From Chiloscyllium plagiosum (Eukaryota): DNA of 48,346 bases. Positions 48,185 to 48,346 of this stretch are shown piece by piece (within the stretch, counting starts at the first letter, position 1; each line of letters opens with the position of its first letter). The stretch is from positions 53,991,313-54,039,658 of the forward strand of contig NC_057728.1 in NCBI RefSeq assembly GCF_004010195.1, given 5' to 3'. The notes under the pieces were generated by a model. That model had not been told where the DNA came from and searched no databases. It worked only from the letters and a program-made list of their open reading frames with translations. Made by a program: the position numbers and the translations under genes.

Positions 48185-48346
48185 AGATCAGTCACATAGA
48201 CAAAGTCTTTTCCCTGGGGTGGGGGAGTCCAGAACGAGACGGCATAGGTTTAGGGTGAGAGGGGAAGATATAAAAGAGACCTAAGGAGCAATGTTTTCAC
48301 ACAGAGGGTAGTACGTGTATGGAATGAGCTGCCAGAGGAAGTGGTG
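48185..48346 (+). mobile_element. HER1/CR1 3' fragment, runs off the window
   Basis: GGGGAGTCCAGAACGAGACGGCATAGG..TGGAATGAGCTGCCAGAGGAAGTGGTG. Confidence 0.9.

Noticed and set aside
1..48346. Muscle miRNAs (miR-1/133/206), suggested by the MEF2 motifs
   Set aside because: The mature sequences were not seen on either strand by manual reading.

Overview
Eukaryotic, repeat-dense non-coding DNA (intronic or intergenic), almost certainly from a shark. The basis is HE1-type V-SINEs with (TCTAA)n tails, HER1/CR1 and L2 LINE relics, and Deu-domain SINEs. No intact host protein-coding gene is recognisable; nearly all ORFs in the track are transposon debris or microsatellite artefacts, and only a few weak spliced-exon candidates exist. 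The dominant signal is a large set of Penelope-like element (PLE) insertions: Poseidon-type and Neptune-type GIY-YIG fragments plus many small non-autonomous copies with 9-15 bp target-site duplications (TSDs). At least four sequence-distinct PLE families carry the same minimal type I hammerhead ribozyme (CUGANGA..helix II..GAAA, a 4-nt palindromic helix III, and covarying helices I and II). Two separate families have each produced a retrozyme-like unit of ribozyme / ORF N-terminus / ribozyme with about 0.5-0.6 kb spacing. Also present are a fossil two-exon Harbinger-type Myb/SANT gene, a Tigger-like MITE, nested insertions, a 15-bp x8 tandem repeat and an 8-N gap. Transposon boundaries were read by eye and are approximate unless a TSD is quoted.
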